From: an uncultured Gemmatimonadales bacterium
GTDB lineage: Bacteria > Gemmatimonadota > Gemmatimonadetes > Gemmatimonadales > GWC2-71-9
Assembly: GCA_963739455.1 (NCBI GenBank)
Contig: CAVUAK010000002.1
Location: forward strand, 128,001-192,000
Direction of reading: 5' to 3'
Length of the DNA: 64,000 nucleotides
In this document: positions 21,385 to 33,540 of the stretch, one piece after another
How the letters are laid out: every line of letters begins with the position of its first letter
Position numbering within the stretch: the first letter of the stretch is position 1
The notes under the pieces: generated by a model
What the model saw: only the letters and a program-made list of their open reading frames with translations
Databases searched by the model: none
Told to the model about the DNA's origin: nothing
Made by a program: the position numbers and the translations under genes

Positions 21385-21697
21385 GAGAAATCTTGAGCCC
21401 TATGACGCCGGCGATGATCAGGCATACGGAGCCGATGCGCATCGGCGTGACCGCATCGCCGAAGTAGGCGATGCCGATGAGGAAGGTGCCCGCCGCACCG
21501 ATCCCGGTCCACACCGCGTAGGCCGTCCCGATCGGGATGTCGCGCTGGGCCATCCACAGCAGCACCCCGCTTGCGGACATGCACACCGCGGCCAAAGCCA
21601 GCCCGGCCACGCGACGATCAGCCGCCTGGCTCAGCTTGAAGCCAAGCGACCAGCCAATCTCGAGCAGCCCGGCGAAAACGAGTATTGCCCACGCCAT
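21377..21697 (-). CDS. sugE: SMR-family transporter, SugE/Gdx-like
   Basis: MAWAILVFAGLLEIGWSLGFK...IPIGTAYAVWTGIGA...GVIGLK. Confidence 0.85.
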   Translation of the reverse strand: MAWAILVFAGLLEIGWSLGFKLSQAADRRVAGLALAAVCMSASGVLLWMAQRDIPIGTAYAVWTGIGAAGTFLIGIAYFGDAVTPMRIGSVCLIIAGVIGLKISHA

Positions 21698-21713
21698 GGC
21701 AGGCCGGGTCACT

Positions 21714-22499
21714 TCATGGCCTCACGCGCGTCCACGATGGCCTGATCGAAGGCATCGATGCGGATGAAGCCGAAGCGCGGATACTCGAGGTCCATGATGA
21801 CGAACACCGCGGCGGAGAGGACGAGCGAAAACCCGAGCCGGTGAAGCCAGTTGCGCCCGGAGGTGGCTCGACATGCCGTAACCGGCGAACAAGGCACAGC
21901 AGAGCGTAAGCGCCGACAGCAAGCGCGAAGATGACACCGGGTGGATGCGTCTGCGCCGACCAGAAGCGGGTGTTCGTGATGTCGATCATCGCGTTCACCG
22001 CTGGAAGCAGCAGCACGCTCGGCGCGGTGGTGGGCGCGGACTGGGTGCCACTCACCGACAGCTTCCAGATTTCACCCTGGAGCGCGTTCGCCCGCTCCAG
22101 GTGGTCCATCGCCAGCTTCAGGTTCGGGAGCACCCGGTACGCCTCGATGCGCGCGTCGGCATACTGCCTGAACTTCTGGCGAAGCGCCGGCTGCGCATCG
22201 GCAGGAAGGAGGTCCAGCCGGAGGTACGCCGTGCCGATGTCGTTGGCCTCCTCGACGATCAACGCGCGGCGCTGGTCGAACCGCGCCGCTGCCCCGGAGA
22301 ACGTGAAGGCCACGATGAGGCCGAGCAGGGCGAAGAGCGAGCCTTCGACTGCGGCCAGCCCGGCCCCATGCGCATCACCCAGCCGCGCGCGCTGCCGGAT
22401 GCCAATGCGCCGGCCAACTTCCAGCATCACCAGCATCCCGCCACACAAAAGGCCGGCGAACTGCCATGCGCCGACCGTGGTGACGCCCTCGCTCAGCAT
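21714..22499 (-). CDS. DUF4239/bestrophin-like membrane protein, indel near 21900
   Basis: ALLGLIVAFTFSGAAARFDQRR..EEANDIGTAYLRLDLL; IMDLEYPRFGFIRI in the second frame. Confidence 0.75.
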   Translation of the reverse strand: MLSEGVTTVGAWQFAGLLCGGMLVMLEVGRRIGIRQRARLGDAHGAGLAAVEGSLFALLGLIVAFTFSGAAARFDQRRALIVEEANDIGTAYLRLDLLPADAQPALRQKFRQYADARIEAYRVLPNLKLAMDHLERANALQGEIWKLSVSGTQSAPTTAPSVLLLPAVNAMIDITNTRFWSAQTHPPGVIFALAVGAYALLCLVRRLRHVEPPPGATGFTGSGFRSSSPPRCSSSWTSSIRASASSASMPSIRPSWTRVRP

Positions 22500-22599
22500 A
22501 GCGTTGCTCCACGCGGTACTACCCGGCTGTCAGGTTCACTGGGATGGATTGGCCCTGCGGTGCATTCTAGCGATGGCTTGGCCGACACGTAACCCGTCG

Positions 22600-23953
22600 T
22601 CAGCCTCCTGGTCCGCACCTGTCGCACCCACTGCAGCGCGCGTGATGCTCGCCAAAGTACCGGAGCAGCTCGTCCCGCCGGCATCGCCGCGTGGTCGCAT
22701 ATCGCTCCACGGAACCAATGCGCGCCTCGGCCAGTCGCCGGCGACGCTTGACCGGGCTCCAGTCGACCCGACCTGATTCCTGCAGTACCTCGTGCCGCAA
22801 GCGCTCCGCCGATTCGCGCAGGCCGGCAGGTGCCCGCTGCGCCGCCTCCGGGTCGCGCCACAGCCGCTCGACCGCGCGCGACGCCGGAAACGTCACGTCG
22901 AGTTGCTCCCGTTGCCGGTCGGAATCACCCTTCCGATAGAGCAGGACGCAGCGAGCCGCCGCGCCGTCCCGCCCTGCGCGCCCCGCTTCCTGATAGTACG
23001 ACTCGAGGGTGGGCGGCATCGACCAGTGGACCACGAGGCGCACGTTGGGCGCATCGATGCCCATGCCGAAGGCACAGGTCGCGACCACGACCTGCAGCTG
23101 AGAATTGGTGAATCGCTGGAGCGCACCCAGCTTGTACTCGCTCGTGAGCCCGGCGTGATACGGCACCGCGTCGTATCCCGCGAGGCGAAGCGCGCGGGTC
23201 AGCGCCTCGGTGACGCTCCGCGTCGGCGTGTAGACGATCGCGAGCGGTTCGCTCTCGTCGAGCTCGCCCAGCAGGACCTTGAAGCGCTCCGGCTCCGAGG
23301 AAACGGCGCGCACGTGGAAGCGCAGGTTGGGCCGGTCGAAGGAGGCGACGTACTGGGTCGCTGCCGCGCCACTGCGGAACTGCGAGCTGTTTCGTGATGT
23401 CCTTCCGCACATCGGGTGTCGCGCTCCCGGTGAGCGCCACCACGGGCGGCCCGCCGAGCAGCCGACGTACCAGGCCGAGCTGTCGATAGGCCGGGCGGAA
23501 ATCCGGTCCCCATTCGGAAATGCAGTGCGCCTCATCGACCGCCAGCATCGCCGGCGCGCCGACCTGCTGCTTGAGCGCGGTCGCCGACGCCGCCAGGCGC
23601 TCCGGGGACAGGTACAGCAGCCGGAGGCTCCGGTTCCGGAGTGCATCCATCACCAGCAAGCGCTCCACCGCAGGTGTGGCACTGGTCAGCGCGGCGGCGG
23701 GGATGCCGCGCCGCAGACAGGCCGCGACCTGGTCGGTCATGAGGCTGATGAGGGGCGAGACGACGATCGTGATACCGTCGAGCAGCAGCGCGGGCACCTG
23801 GAAGCAGGCCGACTTGCCGGCACCGGTGGGCAGGACGGCAAGGGTGTCGCGCCCGCTCAGGACGGAACGGACGACCTCGCGCTGGGACGGACGGAAGTCG
23901 GGAAAGCCGAAGTGGCGGAGCAGGACGGCACGCGCGTCGGTGAGGGTCGGCAT
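22600..23953 (-). CDS. recQ: RecQ-family ATP-dependent DNA helicase (short, no HRDC), frameshifted
   Basis: FGFPDFRPSQ, LPTGAGKSACFQ, VDEAHCISEWG.DFRP, AFGMGID, YYQEAGRAGRDG, C-terminal Zn motif CRR...CSGCDRC. Confidence 0.9.
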
Positions 23954-24014
23954 GTGGCACATTCGCCTTCCCTCTCGGTCACGTCATCATCCAAACGGTG
24001 CAGACCGGCGCTCG

Positions 24015-24048
24015 CCTACCCGCCCTACCCGCCCTACCCGCCCTGCCC
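24015..24048. repeat. Tandem 9-mer repeat (CCTACCCGC) x3.7
   Basis: Directly visible in the recQ upstream intergenic region. Confidence 0.85.
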
Positions 24049-24101
24049 TTTGTCAGCCGCCCGAATCTGCTAGTTTAGGTGGGCACTCACACGAGGGCGG
24101 T

Positions 24102-24278
24102 ATGAAGGACAAGCAGCTCGAGGCACTCATCAAGAAGAACATGGCGAAGGCTGAGAAGCCCAAGTCCAAGGTCCGTCCCACCTACGACTCGACGCTGGAT
24201 GTGACGCGCCGGCCGGAGCGGCCCGACCAGCAGGAGCACGAGGAGTTCTTCGACGACATGAAGCGGCGGGAGTTCTAG
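24102..24278 (+). CDS. Small charged hypothetical protein (58 aa)
   Basis: MKDKQLEALIKKNMAK...FFDDMKRREF; SD-like GAGG upstream, high-GC3 codon usage. Confidence 0.7.
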   Translation: MKDKQLEALIKKNMAKAEKPKSKVRPTYDSTLDVTRRPERPDQQEHEEFFDDMKRREF

Positions 24279-24281
24279 GCC

Positions 24282-25280
24282 TCACCCCAACCCGACGGCG
24301 CGCAACAGCCGCTCGGCCGCCACGCTGGGCGGGGTTGACCCGTCGGCAACGCCCCGCGTCACCTCGCCCAGCAGTCCGTGCACCCCCTCATGCGTTTCGA
24401 GGGCCGATCGCACCCGCTGCTCGACCAGCGCCCACATCCAGCGCACCCGCTGCTCCCGCCGGCGCGCCGCCAGCACCCCGCTTTCCACCAGCCCCAGTCG
24501 CCGTTCCAGCAGCGCGCTCCACACGTCGTCCAGCCCCGTGCCGTCCATGGCGCTGCAGGTGAGCACGGGCGGCGGTCCCGCGGCGTCGCGGCCCCGCATG
24601 AGGTGCATCGCGGTGCGATAGTCCCGCGCCGTCGACTGTGCCCGGTCTGCGTTGGTGCCGTCGGCCTTGTTCACCGCGATGACGTCCGCCCGTTCCATCA
24701 GGCCCCGCTTGATGCCCTGCAGCTCGTCCCCGCCCCCGGGCAGCATCAGCACCAGGAATACGTCCGCGAGGTCCGCCACGGAGGTTTCCGACTGGCCGAC
24801 ACCGACCGTCTCCACGATGATCACGTCGAACCCCGCTGCCTCGCACAGCGCGATTGTCTCGGGGGTGCGTGGGGCCACGCCACCCAGCGTGCCCGCCGTG
24901 GGCGACGGCCGTACGAACGCTCGCGGATCGCCCGCGAGCTTCTGCATCCGCGTCTTGTCGCCCAGGATGCTGCCGCCCGACACCGTGCTCGAGGGATCCA
25001 CCGCCAGGACTGCCACCTTGTGACCCTGCGCGAGCAGGCGTGCTCCCATTCCATCGATGAAGGTGCTCTTCCCCACCCCGGGGACACCGCTGATTCCCAC
25101 GAGGACCGACGGCCTCGCCGCCGGGCCGAGTTGGGTCAGCAGGTCTCCCGCGCGCATGCGATCGGCCGACGCCGTGGACTCGATCAGCGATACGGCCCGG
25201 CCCAGTGCCGCAGGCTCGCGCCGCCTCACCCCGGCGATCAGTTCGTCGAGTGACTGGGTCGTCCGTCTCGCTTCACTCAC
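24282..25280 (-). CDS. meaB: Methylmalonyl-CoA mutase-associated GTPase
   Basis: [52 protein letters not shown]. Confidence 0.96.
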   Translation of the reverse strand: MSEARRTTQSLDELIAGVRRREPAALGRAVSLIESTASADRMRAGDLLTQLGPAARPSVLVGISGVPGVGKSTFIDGMGARLLAQGHKVAVLAVDPSSTVSGGSILGDKTRMQKLAGDPRAFVRPSPTAGTLGGVAPRTPETIALCEAAGFDVIIVETVGVGQSETSVADLADVFLVLMLPGGGDELQGIKRGLMERADVIAVNKADGTNADRAQSTARDYRTAMHLMRGRDAAGPPPVLTCSAMDGTGLDDVWSALLERRLGLVESGVLAARRREQRVRWMWALVEQRVRSALETHEGVHGLLGEVTRGVADGSTPPSVAAERLLRAVGLG

Positions 25281-27457
25281 CTGGTGCCATCCGGCCCACG
25301 GAAGATCTTCGCCTCATCCAGGCCCAGGCGATGCGCCAGCTCCGCAAGCAGCGTGTGGGCGGCTTCCGGGATGACCGTACCGGGCCCGAAGATCATGCTG
25401 GCACCTGCCGCCTTGAGTGCCGCGTGGTCCTGCGGCGGTATCACCCCACCTGCCACGATCATGATGTCGGGTCGCCCGAGGGCAACCAGGGCCTGGTGCA
25501 ACTCGGGAACGAGCGTCAGGTGCGCCGCCGCGAGTGAGCTGACGCCAACGACATGCACGTCGTTCTCCACCGCCTGCCGTGCCGCTTCGTCTGGTGTTGC
25601 GAAGAGGGGACCGATGTCGACATCGAAGCCCAGGTCGGCGAAGGCCGTCGCAATGACCTTCTGGCCCCGGTCATGACCGTCCTGGCCCACCTTCGCCACG
25701 AGCAGCCGGGGACGCCGTCCCTCCAGCGCGGCGAATCGATCGACCGCGTTGCGAACCGTCACGATGCCCTCGTCGGTGCCCGCCATTTCCCCTCCGTAGA
25801 CTCCGCTCACCACGTGCACCGGCGCCGCATGCCGGCCGTACACCGCCGCGAGCGCCTCACTCATTTCGCCCACCGTGGCCCGTGCTCGCGCGGCGTCGAT
25901 CGCCAGCTCCAGGAGGTTCCCCTCGCCCGATGCTGCCGCGCCAGATAGCGCCACAAGCGCGCGCGTGGTTGCCTCACTATCACGCGTCGCCCTGAGCTCG
26001 GCCAGGCGCGCCACCTGCGCGGCGCGCACGGCACGGTTGTCGATCCGGAGCACCTCCGGCAACTCATCCCTCTCGGGGCGGTACCGGTTGACCCCGACCA
26101 GGGCCTGCCGTCCACTGTCGATGCGTGCCTGCGTCCGTGCCGCCGCTTCCTCGATGCGCAATTTGGGAATGCCCGCCTCGATTGCGCGAGCCATCCCGCC
26201 CAGCTTCTCCACCTCGTCGATATGGCCCTGCGCCTTCCGCGCCAGCTGGTCAGTGAGCCACTCGACATAGCGGCTCCCACCCCACGGATCGACCGTGACA
26301 CAGGTATCCGTCTCCAGCTGGAGGAACAACTGGGTGTTCCGCGCGATACGGGCGGACGCGTCGCTGGGCAGGGCCAGTGCCTCGTCCAGCGCGTTGGTGT
26401 GCAGGCTCTGCGTACCGCCCTGCGTCGCCGCCATCGCCTCGATGCAGGTACGAACGATGTTGTTGTTCACGTCCTGGGCCGACAAGCTCCACCCGCTGGT
26501 CTGGCAATGCGTCCTGAGGACGGAGCTCTTCGCCTTCGCCGGGTGGAACTGCTGCATGAGACGGGTCCACAGCAGCCGTGCCGCCCTGAGCTTGGCCACC
26601 TCCATGAAAAAATTCATCCCGATGGCGAAGAAAAAGCTAAGTCTCGGCGCAAAGTCGTCGATCTTCAACCCGGCCGTGAGGCCGGTGCGCACGTACTCCA
26701 CGCCATCGGCCAGGGTGTAGCCCAGTTCCAGGTCGGCGGTGGCACCCGCCTCGTGCATGTGATAGCCACTGATGCTGATGCTGTTGAACTTCGGCATGTG
26801 CCTGCTGGTATAGCGGAAGATGTCGGCGACGATCCTGAGGCTCGGGCCCGGCGGATAGATGTACGTGTTCCGGACCATGAATTCCTTGAGGATGTCGTTC
26901 TGGATGGTGCCTGCGAGCTGCGCCGGCTTCACCCCCTGCTCCTCACCCGCCACGATGTAGAGCGCCAGGATCGGCAGCACTGCGCCGTTCATCGTCATCG
27001 ACACGCTCATCCTGTCGAGCGGGATCTGGTCGAACAGGATCCGCATGTCGAGGATGCTGTCGATCGCCACTCCCGCCATCCCGACGTCGCCGCTCACGCG
27101 CGGATGGTCCGAGTCGTACCCACGGTGGGTGGCCAGGTCGAAGGCGATGCTGAGGCCCATCTGTCCCGCCGCCAGGTTCCGCCGGTAGAAGGCGTTCGAG
27201 TCCTCGGCGGTGGAATAGCCCGCGTACTGCCGGATGGTCCACGGCTGGCCGAGGTACATCGTCGGGTACGGCCCACGGACATATGGTGCCGACCCCGGCA
27301 TGGTGGCTACGTCCACACCGTCGAGCAGCGACGCGCCGAACTGATACGGAATCGCGATGCCTTCGGCCGACGCCCACGGCCCCGGACCGCGCCGGGGGGC
27401 ATCGTTCACGGCCGGCGGACTCCATTCTATGTCGGCGAAGTTGGGGATGATGCTCAT
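25277..27457 (-). CDS. scpA: Methylmalonyl-CoA mutase, catalytic subunit
   Basis: [29 protein letters not shown]12-binding motif, SSLAAAH. Confidence 0.97.
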   Translation of the reverse strand: MSIIPNFADIEWSPPAVNDAPRRGPGPWASAEGIAIPYQFGASLLDGVDVATMPGSAPYVRGPYPTMYLGQPWTIRQYAGYSTAEDSNAFYRRNLAAGQMGLSIAFDLATHRGYDSDHPRVSGDVGMAGVAIDSILDMRILFDQIPLDRMSVSMTMNGAVLPILALYIVAGEEQGVKPAQLAGTIQNDILKEFMVRNTYIYPPGPSLRIVADIFRYTSRHMPKFNSISISGYHMHEAGATADLELGYTLADGVEYVRTGLTAGLKIDDFAPRLSFFFAIGMNFFMEVAKLRAARLLWTRLMQQFHPAKAKSSVLRTHCQTSGWSLSAQDVNNNIVRTCIEAMAATQGGTQSLHTNALDEALALPSDASARIARNTQLFLQLETDTCVTVDPWGGSRYVEWLTDQLARKAQGHIDEVEKLGGMARAIEAGIPKLRIEEAAARTQARIDSGRQALVGVNRYRPERDELPEVLRIDNRAVRAAQVARLAELRATRDSEATTRALVALSGAAASGEGNLLELAIDAARARATVGEMSEALAAVYGRHAAPVHVVSGVYGGEMAGTDEGIVTVRNAVDRFAALEGRRPRLLVAKVGQDGHDRGQKVIATAFADLGFDVDIGPLFATPDEAARQAVENDVHVVGVSSLAAAHLTLVPELHQALVALGRPDIMIVAGGVIPPQDHAALKAAGASMIFGPGTVIPEAAHTLLAELAHRLGLDEAKIFRGPDGTR

Positions 27458-28845
27458 CGTTCCCCCGCATCGCGCAGCGCCTCGTATGGCAGTGCATCGG
27501 GCCGCAACGGAAATGCCCCGTGCCTGGCGGTCTCGGCGATCTCCGCGGGAGACGCGGGAACGAGTTCTCCTTCGACTGGATGCTCGGTAACCCCGACGAT
27601 GGCATGACGCCGCTCGCGCACCCGTTCGTGCCGTGCCGCCGCCGCCGCGGCGATGCGCCGGCTGAGGTCACCCGACTCGAGCGCGGCGATGATACCGCCG
27701 GCTGCCTCCAGTCGTCGCAGCTCGTCCCACGCCTCCGCGGCCAGCTCGGACGTCAGTGATTCCAGGAACCAGCTTCCCTCGGCGGGGTCCAGGACGCGCC
27801 CGAGTGAGGCCTCTTCCTTCAGGACGAGGCCAGTGGTGCGCGCCAGGCGCAGTCCCGCCGCGCCCGGCGTGACAGCACGCACATCGTGCGGGAGCAGGTG
27901 GAGGACGTCGGCGCCACCGATCGCCGCGGCAAAGGCCACCGACGTGTTGCGGAGCGCGTTATTCCATGGATCATGACGGGTGAGCGCGCGCCGGCCGGTG
28001 ATGGCGACCAGCGTCATGGGCGCACCTTCGATACCGGCCAGATCGAGGACGCGGGCCCACACAATGCGGCCAGCCCGGAGCATCGCAGCACTCTCAAAGA
28101 ACCGGGGCCCGCACGGAAGGCGAATCTCGATGCCATGCGCCGCGTCAAACAGGTCAGCACCGGCTGCCTCAAGCGCGCGCAGGTAGGCGAGCGCAATGGC
28201 CACTGTCACGCCCAGCGTCATCCCTGTGGTGGCACCGGCGTTGAAGAACGGGTCGCCTGTGGCGCGGAGAGCGCGGCACCTGGGCGCGAGCACCCGCGAC
28301 ACGCCCGACATGTCGAGCTCGTGCTTCGGCTCACCGGAAATCCCGTCACGCAAGAAGAAGCTCGATACAGGGTCGATGCCGAGGGAGTACGCTCCGTTGG
28401 CGGTCAGGCCGGTACTGAGAGCCGTGAGAGAGGCGAGGTCGCTGCCCTCGAGGCTCGTCTCGATGCCCGCGCGACCGAGCTCGTGGAGCATGCCCAGCAC
28501 CAGTGGCAGTTCGTCGGTGCCACTCCACGTCAGTTCCAGCGACTGTATGCCGCCGGTGACCGCGGCATCGAGCACGTCTCGAGGCGACGTCACCGGGAGC
28601 CGCTGCCTGATCCGATACTTGAAGTCGGGGAGCGGCAGCAGCCCCACCACCCGCCCCGCGAGGTTCCTGGCATCGGCATCCCCAGGTCCTCCCGGGGCGT
28701 ACAGCGGCTCGATCGCGATGCCATCTTCCGTCATGGCGCGGAGCCTGCGGGACACGGCATCCGATCCCAGCTCAGTCTCCACCCCGGCCCGCCATGCGGC
28801 ATAGCTCACTGGCGGAAACGGGGCGGCTCCTTCGGTCGTAGGCAT
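27454..28845 (-). CDS. mutA: Methylmalonyl-CoA mutase small (non-catalytic) subunit
   Basis: [66 protein letters not shown] overlap with scpA. Confidence 0.8.
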   Translation of the reverse strand: MPTTEGAAPFPPVSYAAWRAGVETELGSDAVSRRLRAMTEDGIAIEPLYAPGGPGDADARNLAGRVVGLLPLPDFKYRIRQRLPVTSPRDVLDAAVTGGIQSLELTWSGTDELPLVLGMLHELGRAGIETSLEGSDLASLTALSTGLTANGAYSLGIDPVSSFFLRDGISGEPKHELDMSGVSRVLAPRCRALRATGDPFFNAGATTGMTLGVTVAIALAYLRALEAAGADLFDAAHGIEIRLPCGPRFFESAAMLRAGRIVWARVLDLAGIEGAPMTLVAITGRRALTRHDPWNNALRNTSVAFAAAIGGADVLHLLPHDVRAVTPGAAGLRLARTTGLVLKEEASLGRVLDPAEGSWFLESLTSELAAEAWDELRRLEAAGGIIAALESGDLSRRIAAAAAARHERVRERRHAIVGVTEHPVEGELVPASPAEIAETARHGAFPLRPDALPYEALRDAGER

Positions 28846-28929
28846 CCGGGAAAGGTACCGAATGGAACCGCCATTCGCCGGGCGCAAAGCCCGTGACCTG
28901 CCTAGATTTGGCGCATGACTGGAGACGGA

Positions 28930-31900
28930 ATGACCCAGGCCCTGCCCCTGCCGACCGCGGCTGAACCAAAGCCCCGGCGTCCCATCCGGATTGTCACTGC
29001 CGCGTCGCTCTTTGACGGGCACGATGCGGCGATCAACGTGATGCGCCGCATCATCCAGGCGTCGGGCGCCGAAGTGATCCACCTGGGCCACAACCGCAGC
29101 GCCGCCGAGATCGTCGAGTGCGCCATCCAGGAGGACGCCACGGCCATCGCCGTCACGTCGTACCAGGGTGGCCACATCGAGTTCTTCAAGTACATGCACG
29201 ACCTGCTCGCCGAGCGCGGTGCCGACATCCTGATCTTCGGCGGTGGTGGCGGCACCATCCTTCCCTCCGAGGTGGAGGAGTTGCACCGCTACGGCATTAC
29301 CCGCATCTACACCCCCGACGACGGTCGCGCGATGGGCCTCCAGGGGATGATCGACGACCTCCTTCGCCACTGCGATCGCGCGCGCCCCGCCATCGACCTC
29401 GATGCCGCATGGGTCGCTGTGCCCCAGCGTGATCCCAAGACGCTGGGCCGGCTCATCTCTCTTGCCGAGAACGAGCCGGAGCGGGTGGCCGACTTGCGCG
29501 AGGGTCTCGCCGCCCGTCTCGCGTCGGCGAAGGCGCCGGTGCTTGGCGTTACCGGGACGGGCGGCGCGGGCAAGTCATCGCTGGTCGACGAATTCGTCCG
29601 CCGTTTCCTTGCCGCCCTCCCCACCAGCACCATCGCCATCATCTCGGTCGATCCGTCCCGCCGTCGCACCGGCGGCGCACTCCTCGGTGACCGTATTCGC
29701 ATGAATGCGGTGCATGATCCCCGCGTCTACATGCGCTCCCTGGCCACGCGGCAGTCGAACCTCGCCCTCAGCAAGCACGTCCGCGAGTCGATCGACATCT
29801 GCCGCGCCGCCGGCTTCGACCTCGTCATCGTCGAGACCTCCGGCATCGGCCAGTCGGACACCGAGATCACCGAGCATGCCGACGTGTCGCTGTACGTCAT
29901 GACTGCGGAGTACGGCGCGGCGACGCAGCTCGAGAAGATCGACATGCTCGACTTTGCCGACCTGGTGGCGATCAACAAGTTCGACAAGGCGGGCAGCCTC
30001 GACGCCATCCGCGATGTGCGGAAGCAGTACAAGCGGAACCGTCAGCTCTGGGATGCAGGCGACGACACCTTGCCGATCTTCGGGACCATCGCGGCGCAGT
30101 TCAATGACGCCGGCATGAACCGACTCTTCACCGCGACACTCGACGCCATCGCGAAGAAGACCGGCGTCCCGTTCATGGCGCAGCGGCCGCTCGTGTCGGG
30201 TGCCGGGGAGACAGCACGGATCATCCCCGCCGAGCGCGGCCGGTACCTCGCCGAGATCGTCGAGGGAGCCGAGGATTATGCGCGCTTCGTGCAGGAACAG
30301 TCCGCCATCGCGCGCCGCATGTACCAGTTGAACGGCGCGCTGGAACAGTTGCGCTCCCGGGAGGGCCAGGCAGCCCTCGTGGTGCAGGAGCCCGCGGAGG
30401 GTGGCGTGGTGCGCGTCGAGCAGACTGCCGCGAAGGCGCCGGAGTGGATCGCCGGCCTCCAGGCCGAGCAGGCCGCGCTCGAGGCGAAGCTGGCGCCCGA
30501 GTGCAAGCGGCTCCTCGCCGAGTGGCCCACCATGGTCGCCCGCTACCGCGCCGACCGCTACGAGTTCAAGGTGCGCGACAAGGTCATCAGCCAGGACCTC
30601 TTCACGGAGTCGCTCTCCGGTACGCGCGTGCCCAAGGTGAGCCTGCCCCGGTACAGCGACTGGGGCGACATCCTCACGTGGCTGCTCACCGAGGCGCCTC
30701 CCGGCATGTTCCCGTTCGCCGCTGGCGTCTTTCCGCTGAAGCGCCAGGGCGAGGAGCCGGCGCGCATGTTTGCCGGCGAGGGCGGCCCCGAGCGCACCAA
30801 CCGGCGCTTTCACTACGTGTCGAATCGGCATGCCGGCCAAGCGGCTCTCTACCGCCTTCGACTCGGTCACGCTCTACGGCGAGAATCCCGCGCGCCGTCC
30901 CGACATCTACGGCAAGATCGGCAATGCCGGCGTCAGCGTGGCGACGGTGGACGACGCCAAGAAGCTCTACTCCGGCTTCGACCTCTGCGATCCCGCCACG
31001 TCCGTCTCCATGACGATCAACGGGCCCGCGCCGATGGTGCTGGCCTTCTTCCTGAACGCCGCGGTGGACCAGCAGTGCGAGCGCTGGATCCGCGAGCAGG
31101 GCCAGGCCGACGAGGTGACGAAGCGCATCGAGGCGACGTACGCCCAGCGCGGCCTCGCGCGGCCAGCAGTATCGCGGCGGCCTCCCCGACGGCAACGACG
31201 GGCTCGGCCTCCTGCTGCTCGGCGCGAGCGGCAACGACGTCATGCCCCTCGATGTCTATGAGCGCATCCGCACCGCCACGCTCAGCCGCGTGCGCGGCAC
31301 GGTCCAGGCCGACATCCTCAAGGAGGACCAGGCCCAGAACACCTGCATCTTCTCCACGGAGTTTGCCCTGCGGATGATGGGAGACGTGCAGCAGTACTTC
31401 ATCGAGCGGCAGGTGCGGAACTTCTACTCCGTGTCCATCTCCGGCTATCACATCGCCGAGGCGGGCGCGAACCCGATCACGCAGCTGGCGTTCACGCTCG
31501 CCAACGGGTTCACCTACGTCGAGTACTACCTGTCGCGCGGCATGAAGGTGGACGACTTCGCGCCGAACCTGTCGTTCTTCTTCTCCAACGGCCTCGACCC
31601 CGAGTACGCCGTCATCGGGCGCGTCGCCCGGCGCATCTGGGCCAAGGCGATGAAGCTGCGGTACAATGCCAACGACCGGTCACAGCGCCTCAAGTATCAC
31701 ATCCAGACCTCCGGCCGCAGCCTGCACGCGCAGGAGATCTCGTTCAACGACATCCGTACAACGCTGCAGGCGCTATACGCACTGTACGACAACTGCAATT
31801 CGCTCCACACCAACGCGTACGACGAGGCGATCACCACGCCCACCGAGGAAAGCGTGCGGCGGGCCATGGCGATCCAGCTCATCATCAACCAGGAGCTGGG

Positions 31901-32393
31901 CCTCGCGCGCAACGAGAACCCGCTTCAGGGCAGCTTCGTGATCGAGGAGCTGACCGACCTGGTGGAGGAGGCGGTGATGCTCGAGTTCCGCCGCATCTCC
32001 GAGCGCGGCGGCGTCCTCGGCGCCATGGAGCGCATGTACCAGCGGAGCCGCATCCAGGACGAGTCGCTCACCTACGAGAAGCGGAAGCACGACGGTACGC
32101 TCCCGATCATCGGCGTCAACACCTTCCTCGATCCTGCCGGCTCGCCCACCAACACGCCGTCCGAGGTCATCCGGTCGACCGCGGAGGAGAAGGAGTTCGC
32201 CATCACCACTCGCGAGGCCTTTGAGGCGCGCAACGCTGGTGAGTCGCCGCTCGCCCTCGCGGCGCTCCGGCACTCGGCGCTCTCGTCTGGAAACGTGTTT
32301 GCCCAGCTGATGGAGGCGGCGCAGGTGTGCAGCCTGGGCCAGCTTTCGGCGGCCCTCTATGACGTGGGGGGACAGTACCGCCGCAACATGTAG
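28930..32393 (+). CDS. icmF: Fused isobutyryl-CoA mutase/GTPase IcmF, two indels near 30830 and 31165
   Basis: N-terminal [12 protein letters not shown]12 domain, GTGGAGKSS MeaI GTPase, [25 protein letters not shown]-terminal GGQYRRNM. Confidence 0.95.
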
Positions 32394-32396
32394 GCG

Positions 32397-32936
32397 CTAG
32401 CGATAACTCAGGGCGTATCGCAGGCCGAGGATGAGCTGGAGGGTACGGAGGTTCGAGCCGGGCGTCAGCACGGTGCGGTACTGCACCTCCGCGTAGGGCA
32501 TGATGGGGTTGAGCCGAACGTCAAGACCAGCCGATCCATAGAGGGCCGGCGTGATGCCGTTTCCATCGTTGTCCTGCCAGTAGTCCACGCCCACACCAAG
32601 CAGTACATACGGGCGTACCATGGCGGCCAGCTGCAGTGGCAGGAACGCCATTCCCATACCAGCCTGCCAGTCACCCACCACCCCGAATGGCGGCCCCTCG
32701 ATCTGGTTGGCGCTGTAGCCGACATCGAGCTGCATGCCGAAGTGCGACGAGCCGAAATCGACCCGGGCCACGCCGCCGATGTTCCAGCCCGTACCGAGCG
32801 AAACGGAGGACACTCCATATTCGCCCGCCGGTATCGTCACGCCACCGCGAATGCCAAGACTGACCTCCTGGCCCTTCGCAACGGCGCTGGTGCCGGCGAG
32901 CCCGCCCAGCACCAGCAACATGCAGCGGACTCTCAC
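32397..32936 (-). CDS. Small outer-membrane beta-barrel protein
   Basis: Signal peptide; GWNIGG, VRPYVLLGVG, PYAEVQY, LILGLRY. Confidence 0.7.
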   Translation of the reverse strand: MRVRCMLLVLGGLAGTSAVAKGQEVSLGIRGGVTIPAGEYGVSSVSLGTGWNIGGVARVDFGSSHFGMQLDVGYSANQIEGPPFGVVGDWQAGMGMAFLPLQLAAMVRPYVLLGVGVDYWQDNDGNGITPALYGSAGLDVRLNPIMPYAEVQYRTVLTPGSNLRTLQLILGLRYALSYR

Positions 32937-33473
32937 CTAGAACTGGATCCGGACGCCGGCGTTGATCGGGAGGATGTTCAGGTTGTCGCCCGGGTTGAAC
33001 ACCGCATGGAAGCGGGCTTCGGCGAAGAAGCCGATGGGAGACTTGGAGATGGCAAAGTCCGCCCCGGCACCGATGTTCAGCCCGAAATTGCCATCGTACA
33101 TGCCGAGACCGGCAATGGCGTATGGCTCGAGCGCGTGCGATTCAGTCTTGAACTCGTAGACGCCGTTCACCGTGAACTGGAAAATGCTCGAGCTCAGGTC
33201 GATCCAGATGACGTCGAGCTGCACCCCCACCGGCCAGCTGGGGGGCTTGGCCCTGAAGCTGCCGCCGATGTCCCAGCCGAGGCTTCCGGTCGGGGCGAGC
33301 GGAATGACCAGGCCGATGGTCGGCCGGATCTCGAAGCTGTATTCCTTGGCCGCTGCCTTGAGCGGGCTTGGCTTGGCCGCTGCCGCGGCGGGTGCCTGGT
33401 CCTGGGCCTCGGCGCGTGGTGCCAGCAGCGGGAGCGCGCAGAGTGCCATGGCCAGCCGGATCGTCTTGCCCAT
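32937..33473 (-). CDS. Small outer-membrane beta-barrel protein
   Basis: Signal peptide ending AEAQ; LEPYAIAGLG, FFAEARF, INAGVRIQF terminal Phe. Confidence 0.75.
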   Translation of the reverse strand: MGKTIRLAMALCALPLLAPRAEAQDQAPAAAAAKPSPLKAAAKEYSFEIRPTIGLVIPLAPTGSLGWDIGGSFRAKPPSWPVGVQLDVIWIDLSSSIFQFTVNGVYEFKTESHALEPYAIAGLGMYDGNFGLNIGAGADFAISKSPIGFFAEARFHAVFNPGDNLNILPINAGVRIQF

Positions 33474-33540
33474 CGGATCTCCAGAATCGGTGAAGGTGTT
33501 CAACATAGACAACCTGTGCGCGGTGCGCGACGCCCGCGGC

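Noticed and set aside
21697..21730. Guanidine riboswitch upstream of the sugE/Gdx-like gene
   Set aside because: Only about 16 nt separate it from the upstream gene, and no twin ACGR hairpins or ykkC-type motif are visible.
28846..28929. Cobalamin riboswitch between the mutase operons
   Set aside because: The gap is too short and lacks the B12-box and GGGAA motifs.
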